A stretch of DNA of 64,000 nt from NCBI GenBank assembly GCA_002371315.1, contig DFHL01000013.1, positions 5,742-69,741 of the forward strand. The letters run 5' to 3'. The position numbers were made by a program, and so were the translations under genes. The stretch comes from Bacteroidales bacterium UBA3724 (lineage in GTDB: Bacteria > Bacteroidota > Bacteroidia > Bacteroidales > P3). How positions within the stretch are numbered: position 1 is the first letter of the stretch; every line of letters starts with the position of its first letter. The notes under the pieces were generated by a model. That model was not told where the DNA came from. It ran no database searches and saw nothing but the letters and a program-made list of their open reading frames with translations. Positions 26,801-35,037 of this stretch are shown here, piece by piece.

Positions 26801-27777
26801 GTAATCTTTTGTTTAATGCCATATCGGGCATTATAAACGAGGCGCGTGGCAAAGCCTACCGTGCTGTCAATTTCGTTATGGTGCAGGCTTACTGGGAAAT
26901 AGGCCGACTAATCACCGATGACGAACTGAATGGACAGCGCGCGGCCTACGGCAAGGAAGTGCTGAAACATCTTGCCGCACGACTGACCAAGGAATACGGC
27001 AAAGGCTTTGACGAAAGAGAACTGCGCAAGATGTGCCAGTTTTACAAATACTTCCAAATTCGGGACACACTGCGTCCCGAATTGAGCTGGTCGCATTACC
27101 GCCGGCTGTTGAGCGTTGAAAACGAGAAAGCTCGGGTGTGGTATATGAACGAGGCCGCCGATGCCACGTGGTCAACTCGCCAGCTCGACCGGCAGATATC
27201 CACGTTGTATTACGAGCGTCTGTTGGCCAGCCGCGACAAGTCGCCCGTAATAGAAGAGGCCAAGGAGAAGATGTCCCAACTGCAGCCGCAGGATGTCTTT
27301 CACGACCCTTATGTGCTTGAATTTCTAAATCTGAAAGACTATCCTGCCTTGCACGAGAGCAATGTGGAAAAGGCACTGATAGACAATCTTCAAAGCTTCC
27401 TGCTGGAGCTGGGGACTGGCTTCTGTTTTGTGGCTCGGCAAAAGAGGATGCGCTATGGCGACGACGATTTCTATATAGACCTTGTCTTCTATCACAGTCG
27501 ACTGAAGTGCCACGTGCTGATTGACCTCAAGATGGGTAAGCTTACACACGCCGATGTTGGGCAGATGGATAGCTATATCCGTATGTTCGACGACCTGTAC
27601 AAGGCCGAGGACGACAATCCGACAATTGGTCTAATACTGTGTTCGGAAAAGAACGAGGCCGTGGCCCGCTATTCGGTACTTGCCGACGGGAAACAGATGT
27701 TTGCCGCAAAATATATGACTTATCTTCCTACAGAAGAGGAGCTGACAAGAGAGGTTGAGCGCGTGCTTAAAAATTAA
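26767..27777 (+). CDS. PD-(D/E)XK nuclease family protein (YhcG/DUF1016-type)
   Basis: 336 aa. N-terminal helical part (VNFVMVQAYWEIGRLI). C-terminal nuclease core DFYIDLVFYH...HVLIDLKMGKL...GQMDSY. Confidence 0.8.
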   Translation: MEAKNIIETKNSNLLFNAISGIINEARGKAYRAVNFVMVQAYWEIGRLITDDELNGQRAAYGKEVLKHLAARLTKEYGKGFDERELRKMCQFYKYFQIRDTLRPELSWSHYRRLLSVENEKARVWYMNEAADATWSTRQLDRQISTLYYERLLASRDKSPVIEEAKEKMSQLQPQDVFHDPYVLEFLNLKDYPALHESNVEKALIDNLQSFLLELGTGFCFVARQKRMRYGDDDFYIDLVFYHSRLKCHVLIDLKMGKLTHADVGQMDSYIRMFDDLYKAEDDNPTIGLILCSEKNEAVARYSVLADGKQMFAAKYMTYLPTEEELTREVERVLKN

Positions 27778-27794
27778 AATTCGGAGTGGAAGCA

Positions 27795-27862
27795 CAACAT
27801 TTTTGCGGTTTTGACGTAATTGTAGTTGTATGGAAGCAAAGAATATCATCGAAATAAAGAAC
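27795..27862 (+). repeat. direct repeat B (native smpB upstream region + first 11 codons)
   Basis: caacatttttgcggttttgacgtaat...ATGGAAGCAAAGAATATCATCGAAATAAAGAAC. Confidence 0.85.
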
Positions 27863-28282
27863 AAAAAAGCTGAGTATCAGTACTTCCTGATGGATTCGTA
27901 CACAGCGGGGCTGGTGCTGACGGGCACGGAGATAAAGAGTATCCGCGAGGGGCGCGCCAACCTGACGGATGCATACTGCGCCTTTATCGGCAACGAACTG
28001 TACGTGAAGCAGATGCACATTGCAGAGTACCGCTTCGGCAGCTGGCTGAACCACGCCGCCAAGCGCGACCGCAAGCTGCTGCTAAACCGCAAAGAGCTGC
28101 GCAAGCTGCAGAACAAAATCAAAGAACGCGGCTTCACCATCGTCCCTACGCTGCTGTTTATCAACCCCGAAGGCTACGCCAAGCTGAACATCTCGCTGGC
28201 GCGAGGCAAGAAATTCTTCGACAAGCGCGAAACCATCAAGGAGAAAGACACCCGCCGCGATATGGAACGCCAGCTGAGCTGA
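27830..28282 (+). CDS. smpB: SsrA-binding protein SmpB
   Basis: 150 aa. NKKAEYQYF...[19 protein letters not shown]...[20 protein letters not shown]. Confidence 0.95.
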   Translation: MEAKNIIEIKNKKAEYQYFLMDSYTAGLVLTGTEIKSIREGRANLTDAYCAFIGNELYVKQMHIAEYRFGSWLNHAAKRDRKLLLNRKELRKLQNKIKERGFTIVPTLLFINPEGYAKLNISLARGKKFFDKRETIKEKDTRRDMERQLS

Positions 28283-28380
28283 AGGTCGGGTTTTAAGGTT
28301 TAGGAGTTAAGGTTGGTCAGAATCAAAATATTAATTCCGCATCTGAAGTTAAGGTTAAAGTTTAAGTTAAGGTTTTCACT

Positions 28381-29652
28381 ATGAACGTCTTCAAATTCGG
28401 CGGGGCATCCGTCAACAGCGCAGAAGCCATACGCAACGTGGCGGAAATCGTAAGGCAATATCTTGAAACGCCGCTGGTGGTGGTCATTTCGGCAATGGGC
28501 AAGACGACCAACCTGCTGGAAAAGGTGGTGCCCGGCGTGCCGACGTCGGACGACGAACGGCGAAAGCTGCTGCAGCAAAACACTGACTATCACCTGTCGA
28601 TTGCCGACAGCCTGTTTGCCGACAAGGGCGATCCGACCTATGGGCGGCTGCGCGAGTTGTTCGGCCGGCTCGACGAAGTGTCGTCCCGCAAGGCGACCAA
28701 CTACAACTTCGACTACGACCAGACGGTTTCGTTTGGCGAGCTGATTTCGACCACGCTCATTTCGGGATACCTTAACAGCATTGGAATCAGCAATGTATGG
28801 GTAGATGTTCGCGACATAATCCGCACCAACGAGAACTACCGCGAGGGCATCGTCGACTTCGACACCACCCGTCTCCAGGCACAAGAGACAATCAATTCGC
28901 AATTTACAACTCACAACTCGCAATTGATTATCACTCAAGGTTTCATCGCCGGCACCGCCGCCGGGACGACCACCACGCTGGGGCGCGAGGGCAGCGACTA
29001 CTCGGCCTCGATCCTCTCCTACTGCCTCGATGCCGACAATATGACCATCTGGAAAGACGTGCCGGGATTCCTCAACGCCGACCCCAAGTTTTTCGCCAAT
29101 ACCGTCAAAATAAACAAGATACCCTTCAACGAGGCCATCGAGCTTGCCTACTACGGCGCATCGGTGATACATCCCAAGACCGTCAAGCCAATCCAAAACA
29201 AGGGTATCCTGCTGAATATTAAGTCATTCCTCGACCCGTCGGCCGACGGGTCGGTCATCGGGCCCTTCGATTCTATAGAGCCGCTTACGCCGCTTTACAT
29301 CTTCAAAAACAATCAGATACTCATTTCCATACAGCCCAAAGACTTCTCCTTCATAGCCGAAGAGAATCTTCAAACCATCTTTGCCGTGCTGGCCGAGCTG
29401 AACATCCGCGTCAACCTGATGCAGAATTCGGCCCTGAGTTTCTCGCTCTGCCTCGACTACAACGAGATACTGCTCGACAAGATACGCGAGCGGCTCGAAT
29501 CGCAGTTCCGGCTGGTATATAACACAGGCTTGCAGCTGATTACGATACGCTACTACAACCAGCAGATAATCGACGAGATTGTCGACGGGCGAACGATACT
29601 GCTGCAGCAGCGTTCGCGAACGACAACGCAGCTATTAGTTGATTCCAAATGA
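28381..29652 (+). CDS. lysC: aspartate kinase
   Basis: 423 aa. N-terminal MNVFKFGGASV, TTLGREGSDYSA motif, C-terminal ACT-type regulatory region. Confidence 0.9.
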   Translation: MNVFKFGGASVNSAEAIRNVAEIVRQYLETPLVVVISAMGKTTNLLEKVVPGVPTSDDERRKLLQQNTDYHLSIADSLFADKGDPTYGRLRELFGRLDEVSSRKATNYNFDYDQTVSFGELISTTLISGYLNSIGISNVWVDVRDIIRTNENYREGIVDFDTTRLQAQETINSQFTTHNSQLIITQGFIAGTAAGTTTTLGREGSDYSASILSYCLDADNMTIWKDVPGFLNADPKFFANTVKINKIPFNEAIELAYYGASVIHPKTVKPIQNKGILLNIKSFLDPSADGSVIGPFDSIEPLTPLYIFKNNQILISIQPKDFSFIAEENLQTIFAVLAELNIRVNLMQNSALSFSLCLDYNEILLDKIRERLESQFRLVYNTGLQLITIRYYNQQIIDEIVDGRTILLQQRSRTTTQLLVDSK

Positions 29653-30323
29653 TTTACCGACTGACCAAAAGCAAATTCATCCGTGGTCTGCAATGCGAGA
29701 AGGCCCTTTATCTGGACGTCTACAAGCCGCAGCTGGCATACTATCCGCCCGAGACGCTGGAACGCTTTCGGAAAGGACGCGACTTCGAGGCCAAGGTCAA
29801 GTCGCTGTTTCCAAATGCCGTAGATGTAAGCCGACAGCTTGGACGGCAAATAGGGAAGTATCCCGAACTGACTGCCACGCTGCTTGCGCAGTCGGGCGAG
29901 GTGAACCTCTATGAGGCTGGTTTTGTGCATAATGAGGTACTTGTGCTGGCCGACGTTGTCCACAAGGATGCCGACGGAAACATCGCGGTTTATGAGATAA
30001 AGAATTCGCTGTCGGTCAAGGATGTCTTTCGCCGCGATGTGAACATACAGCACTATGTCATAAGTCATTGCATCGAGAAGCTGTCTTCGTTCTCAATAAT
30101 TTACAACGACGGCAACGACGAGCCATTATACGAGGAGCTCCTGGATGACGCGCGCGAGGCTGAACCGCTGATAGCAAAGCAGGTAGAGCGAATGAAAGAG
30201 GTGCTGCAGGGGATGGAACCCAGCGCGGAGCCCGGCGAGCAATGTTCGGCACCCTACGAGTGCCCCTACTTGCGCTACTGCAACGGCAAAGTGGCTACGC
30301 AGTTAGAGCTTGCTGAATTTTAG
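29649..30323 (+). CDS. Cas4/RecB-like PD-(D/E)XK nuclease family protein (DUF2779-like)
   Basis: 224 aa. N-terminal Cys (GLQCEKALY) plus C-terminal CSAPYECPYLRYC (Cas4-type Fe-S cysteine pattern). ADVV...VYEIKNS nuclease core. ATGA overlap with lysC. Confidence 0.65.
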   Translation: MIYRLTKSKFIRGLQCEKALYLDVYKPQLAYYPPETLERFRKGRDFEAKVKSLFPNAVDVSRQLGRQIGKYPELTATLLAQSGEVNLYEAGFVHNEVLVLADVVHKDADGNIAVYEIKNSLSVKDVFRRDVNIQHYVISHCIEKLSSFSIIYNDGNDEPLYEELLDDAREAEPLIAKQVERMKEVLQGMEPSAEPGEQCSAPYECPYLRYCNGKVATQLELAEF

Positions 30324-31373
30324 CAGCGCATCGCGGATTTCGTTCTCGTCGACGGCCACATCGATGACAGGAGTGCCTACTTCTTGCAGCAAAACACATA
30401 GAATCAGGCCATCAGCATTTTTTTTGTCCTTGCGCATATAGGACAGGATATGTTCGGTATCGGCAAGTGTGAAACGTTCGAAGTCAACAATATGATGGAG
30501 CATTTTCTTCAAAAGGGAATATGTATTTTCTGCCAGCCCCAGTTTCTTTGTCGAAAGATAAAGCGCACATTCCAAGCCGATTCCGACGGCAACGCCGTGG
30601 GTTATGGCGCGTTTCTGCTCCAGCATATAGCTCTCAATGGCGTGGCCGAAGGTATGCCCCAGGTTCAGCATCTTGCGGATTGACTTGTCGTAGGGGTCGG
30701 CATCGACAACACTCTGCTTGAAATCAACACATTGACTGATGTATTGTTTGATGACACCGAGAGGATAAGCCGAACAACCAATAAGCGCATCGGTCAGGGA
30801 TTTGAAAGCTTGTCCATCACTAAGCAGCAGTGTTTTAGTCATTTCGAAAAGGCCAGAAACTATTTCCAGATCGGGCAGCGTATCGAGAAAATCCGGGTAG
30901 ATGCATATTGCATCGGGCTGATGGAAGAAGCCAACCTGGTTCTTTGCATTTTCCACATTGACAGCCGTTTTGCCACCAACAGAGGCATCAATCATACCAA
31001 CAAGAGTGGTAGGGATGTTGATGTAACGGATGCCGCGCTTGAAGCCTGCGGCAACAAAACCGCCGATATCGCTGACGCAGCCGCCGCCAAGGTTCAGAAT
31101 CAAGCTGTTGCGGTCGGCACCGCTGTCGAGCAAGGCACCCCAGAGCTGGGCCGCCACCTCGAGCGACTTGGCCTCCTCGCCAACGGGAACCTCGAAGAAT
31201 TCGGCATTCTCCAATGCCGCCACCTTGCTAATCAGCAACGGAAGGCACTGGTTGTATGTATTTTCGTCGACCAGGATAAAGAACTTGGCATTGCTGTACG
31301 CTTCGGACGACAGAAGCCGGTTCAACTTTGCCAGAGACGAAATGCGAGAGGGATACAAAATATTTGATTTCAT
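30303..31373 (-). CDS. aroB: 3-dehydroquinate synthase
   Basis: 356 aa. LGGGCVSDIGGFVAAGFKRGIRYINIPTTLVGMIDASVGGKTAVN and NLGHTFGHAIE motifs. Confidence 0.92.
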   Translation of the reverse strand: MKSNILYPSRISSLAKLNRLLSSEAYSNAKFFILVDENTYNQCLPLLISKVAALENAEFFEVPVGEEAKSLEVAAQLWGALLDSGADRNSLILNLGGGCVSDIGGFVAAGFKRGIRYINIPTTLVGMIDASVGGKTAVNVENAKNQVGFFHQPDAICIYPDFLDTLPDLEIVSGLFEMTKTLLLSDGQAFKSLTDALIGCSAYPLGVIKQYISQCVDFKQSVVDADPYDKSIRKMLNLGHTFGHAIESYMLEQKRAITHGVAVGIGLECALYLSTKKLGLAENTYSLLKKMLHHIVDFERFTLADTEHILSYMRKDKKNADGLILCVLLQEVGTPVIDVAVDENEIRDALLKFSKL

Positions 31374-31508
31374 ATAGAGACTTTATTATTAGACATATAC
31401 ACCAATTCGGAATAATAGCGAAGAGATACAAAAGTACAAGAATTTTTGGATGCGTGTGATTTTTTTGTGGTTTTTGCGTTTAATATAGTCAAAAGCTTTC
31501 CGCAAAAT

Positions 31509-31997
31509 ATGCAGACAAACGAACATCCATTCCTCGAAACCATCACACGGCATACGGCACTTATCGAAAAGATGTGCCGCTCGTTTTGCGGCGACAGCCG
31601 AGAGGATCGCGAGGATCTTCGTCAGGATATACTGCTTAACCTGTGGAGAGGCTGGAAACATTGGAAACCAGAACATAAACCCATAACGTGGATATACCGC
31701 GTGGCGAAAAACACAGCCATCACGTGGAAGCGGAACAAGGAACGGCAAATAAATGTACAGCCGCTGGATCCCACAGATATTCCGCATTCCACAGACAACG
31801 ACGAAGCCGTCGAACAACTATACTCGCTCATACGACAATTGCCAGCAGAGGACCAAAGACTGATACAACTTTACATCGACGGATGGAACGCAAAGGAGAT
31901 GGCACGGATGCTGCAAACATCTGAAAGCAACGTCACTACACGTATTTCACGCATAAAGCAAAAGCTGAATGAAATGAACAGAAAGGAGCAACTATGA
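31509..31997 (+). CDS. ECF-type RNA polymerase sigma-70 factor
   Basis: Region 2 (DLRQDILLNLW...) and region 4 HTH (AKEMARMLQTSESNVTTRISRIKQKL). Start chosen at MQTNEHPF. Confidence 0.85.
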   Translation: MQTNEHPFLETITRHTALIEKMCRSFCGDSREDREDLRQDILLNLWRGWKHWKPEHKPITWIYRVAKNTAITWKRNKERQINVQPLDPTDIPHSTDNDEAVEQLYSLIRQLPAEDQRLIQLYIDGWNAKEMARMLQTSESNVTTRISRIKQKLNEMNRKEQL

Positions 31998-32278
31998 ATA
32001 CCGATATAATTATAGAACAACTGCACCAGGCCAATGCCGCCGAACGCCAGAAAGAACGCACCAGGCATATCAATTTCCGTCCTTGGTGGATAACAATACC
32101 TGCTGCTGCAGCTATAGTCCTGATGGTGTTGATTCCGCAACGCAGTAATGCCGAACCCAAACCTGTGACAGGCCTACACGTCTATTGCAACAATAACTGC
32201 CAGAAAGAGAATGCTATGGACATCATCAGGCAAAATATCAACGAGATAAGCATAACACCCATAGAATCAGAAATATGA
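31994..32278 (+). CDS. small single-pass membrane protein (possible anti-sigma factor)
   Basis: 94 aa with one TM helix (WWITIPAAAAIVLMVLI). 4-nt overlaps with the genes on both sides. Confidence 0.55.
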   Translation: MNTDIIIEQLHQANAAERQKERTRHINFRPWWITIPAAAAIVLMVLIPQRSNAEPKPVTGLHVYCNNNCQKENAMDIIRQNINEISITPIESEI

Positions 32279-32724
32279 AGAATCTCCTTTTTATATTATT
32301 GTCCTCGCTTGCCATCGCCACGGCACACAGCCAGTCGGCAATCTGCCTGCAGTTTCTGCCGCAAAAGAACATACAGACCTATTGCGTAGACAACTATCCA
32401 CTTGGCAGCGACGACAGCATAAACGTCACCTTCCTGATGGCTGCCGACAGCGACGCTTACAACACGATGATAAAATATCTGTTTACGCTGCCAAAACAGA
32501 ATCAACCATCGTCGTTAGAGCAGCATTCTACAAAATACAAGGACCTTGACAACAAAAAATATTTCATTATACGCCTATCTTCCGCCCTGCCCAGCGACAA
32601 AGGGCTATACCTAACCTTCTTTTCGCCCCACAACCTTTCGGCAACAATATTCCAGATAAGGGACAACAGAGATATGGAAAAAGTTGTGGCACACGTATTG
32701 ACCAGAGAAACCACAAAAGACTAA
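32275..32724 (+). CDS. hypothetical secreted protein
   Basis: 149 aa with an N-terminal signal peptide (MKNLLFILLSSLAIATAHSQ). Confidence 0.55.
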   Translation: MKNLLFILLSSLAIATAHSQSAICLQFLPQKNIQTYCVDNYPLGSDDSINVTFLMAADSDAYNTMIKYLFTLPKQNQPSSLEQHSTKYKDLDNKKYFIIRLSSALPSDKGLYLTFFSPHNLSATIFQIRDNRDMEKVVAHVLTRETTKD

Positions 32725-32729
32725 TACCG

Positions 32730-34994
32730 ATGAATTTACGTAACCTCTTGTTACCACTGCTGATAGCAGTGGCGGCACCCGCTGTGTGCCAAACCGTCGA
32801 CACGACAAAGACTGCGAAGCCGGCCAAAACCCTTCAGGCTGTGACCATTGCCGCAAAACGGCCCATCTACACCGCCGACGGCGAAAAGAACATATACAAC
32901 GTGGCCGACGACCCGTCGGTGCAGAGCGGAACCACCGAGGACGCGCTGCAAAACACACCCGGCGTGACGGTCGACGTTGAGGGTAACCTGCAGCTGCGCG
33001 GGGTAAGCAGCATAGAGATATGGATTGACGACAAGCCGTCGAAGCTGAGCGAGGAGAACCTGAAGACCTGGCTGCAGACACTGCCGGCCAGTGCCATAGA
33101 CCACATCGAAACCATCACGAATCCCTCGGCAAAATACGCGACCGAGGCCGAAGCCGTAATCAACATCATCACACGTGCCCACATCAAGAAAAACCATTTC
33201 CTGAGCTTTGGCCTGAACGCAGCTTCGCAGCCTTACGTCTCGCCGTGGATCAGCTACACCTGGGCCAGCGACAAGCTGTCGTTCAACATCTACGGCAGTT
33301 TTCGCAACAGCAATAACGACAACGAGTCGTGGAGCAAAAGCACCACATTCGGCGACGACCCCACAGCCCCGGGCGACCTCGAACGGCTGCAAATGCTGAT
33401 ACGCAACACCAACAGTTCAAACTATGGAACCCACAACAATATGGGCACCATTTTTATGAGCCTCAACTACGCCATCGACAGCACCAGCGACATCAACTTC
33501 TGGAGCAACCTGAGCCCCAGCACACACGATATCGAGTCCTCTCTGTGGGTGCAACGTGAGCATTTCTTTCCTTACCCTGCATTGTACATCTACAATCAAG
33601 ACCAGACACAACATTTCAACACGCTGTTTGGTTTTTTCGGAGGCTACTACACCAAACGATTCGACAAAAAAGGTCACAACCTGACCGTCAGCCTCAATGG
33701 AAACATCAACAAGACCGGCCAAAAAATCATCTATAACCGCGTCTATAGTGTCACCGACGGCCTGGAAAGCAATAGTTACAAATTCAAAGACGTAAACCAG
33801 TTTATGCCCTCCGTCACTATGCGGCTGCGCTACAACCGCCCATACAGCGACGATGGCGAGTTCACCTACGGACTGTCTGCTTCCCAGTCCAACAGCTACA
33901 GTGACCTTCAGCCTTACATACTCAATGCAGCCTATGACGAGCAGACCACCGTCCTCTCCCCTGCCCTGTACGACACGCTGCGACGCTACATCTTCAACGC
34001 CGACAACAAAGCCGCCGGTGCCGACATCGGATGGCAGCACAGGTGGGGAGGCCTCACACTGAAACTTGGAATGGGAGCAAGGATAAGCTACTACAAGTAT
34101 GCTTACACCGAGACGATTACACTTCCCGGTGTCGACACCTCACTGCTCAACATAACCTACAACCCCTCAATCCATCTGACCTATCGGACTGAGAAGATGC
34201 ACAACTTAAAACTCAACTACACGCTGCGGATGCAAAATCCGAACTCAAATGAATTGTCACAGTTCCGCACCTACGGCGAGGATAGCTATACAGTTGGCAA
34301 CCACAACCTTTCGCAGAGCTACATACACAGCGCCGAGGCGGGCTGGAGCAAATATATGAGCAAAGGCAGCATCAGCGCCGACCTGTACGCCAAACTGTCG
34401 ACCGGCGAAATAGAATGGCTCACGGACGTCACCGACGGCATCGACCCCTACATCGGCAGGGTGATAACCGTCAGCACACCCTACAATCTCGGCTCTTCGC
34501 ACCGCTACGGCCTGACTGCCAACGGCACTTGGCGCCCCACGGCCTTCTTCAACCTGCGCTTCGATGGAAATATCTATAACTATGGCTACAGCATACATTA
34601 CGACCGCCTGGGGCAAGAGCCGTACAGCAACAGCCAGTGGCAATACAGTATGAAACTGAATCTGTGGGCAAAGATACTGGGGCGCTATCAAGTGAACGCG
34701 TCGGCCAACTACACTTCGCCAACGATAGGGCTGCTGTCGACCGGAAGCGCGCAATACAGGCTCAACGCCGGCATCCGTGCCGACTTCTTCAAACGCAAGC
34801 TTAGCGCCTTCGTCAACATTCAGGACATCTTCAACTGGGGCAAACGTATTGGCAACGAAATCAATAACACCAATCCCTACTACATCCGCGAAAGCCTGAG
34901 CCGGACCCTCAACAGCCGCTACATCTCGGCCGGCATAACCCTGCGATTCGGCAAGATGGAGCTGGAAAGCAAAACCAAAAGCGGAAGCGAGTAG
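32730..34994 (+). CDS. TonB-dependent-receptor-like outer-membrane beta-barrel protein
   Basis: 754 aa. Signal peptide, plug-like region (DALQNTPGVTVDVEGNLQLRG...IETITNPSAKY), long beta-barrel, C-terminal LRFGK. Confidence 0.8.
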   Translation: MNLRNLLLPLLIAVAAPAVCQTVDTTKTAKPAKTLQAVTIAAKRPIYTADGEKNIYNVADDPSVQSGTTEDALQNTPGVTVDVEGNLQLRGVSSIEIWIDDKPSKLSEENLKTWLQTLPASAIDHIETITNPSAKYATEAEAVINIITRAHIKKNHFLSFGLNAASQPYVSPWISYTWASDKLSFNIYGSFRNSNNDNESWSKSTTFGDDPTAPGDLERLQMLIRNTNSSNYGTHNNMGTIFMSLNYAIDSTSDINFWSNLSPSTHDIESSLWVQREHFFPYPALYIYNQDQTQHFNTLFGFFGGYYTKRFDKKGHNLTVSLNGNINKTGQKIIYNRVYSVTDGLESNSYKFKDVNQFMPSVTMRLRYNRPYSDDGEFTYGLSASQSNSYSDLQPYILNAAYDEQTTVLSPALYDTLRRYIFNADNKAAGADIGWQHRWGGLTLKLGMGARISYYKYAYTETITLPGVDTSLLNITYNPSIHLTYRTEKMHNLKLNYTLRMQNPNSNELSQFRTYGEDSYTVGNHNLSQSYIHSAEAGWSKYMSKGSISADLYAKLSTGEIEWLTDVTDGIDPYIGRVITVSTPYNLGSSHRYGLTANGTWRPTAFFNLRFDGNIYNYGYSIHYDRLGQEPYSNSQWQYSMKLNLWAKILGRYQVNASANYTSPTIGLLSTGSAQYRLNAGIRADFFKRKLSAFVNIQDIFNWGKRIGNEINNTNPYYIRESLSRTLNSRYISAGITLRFGKMELESKTKSGSE

Positions 34995-35037
34995 CAATAC
35001 CACACAATAAAATAAACATACTGGCGTTTACGTCAGT

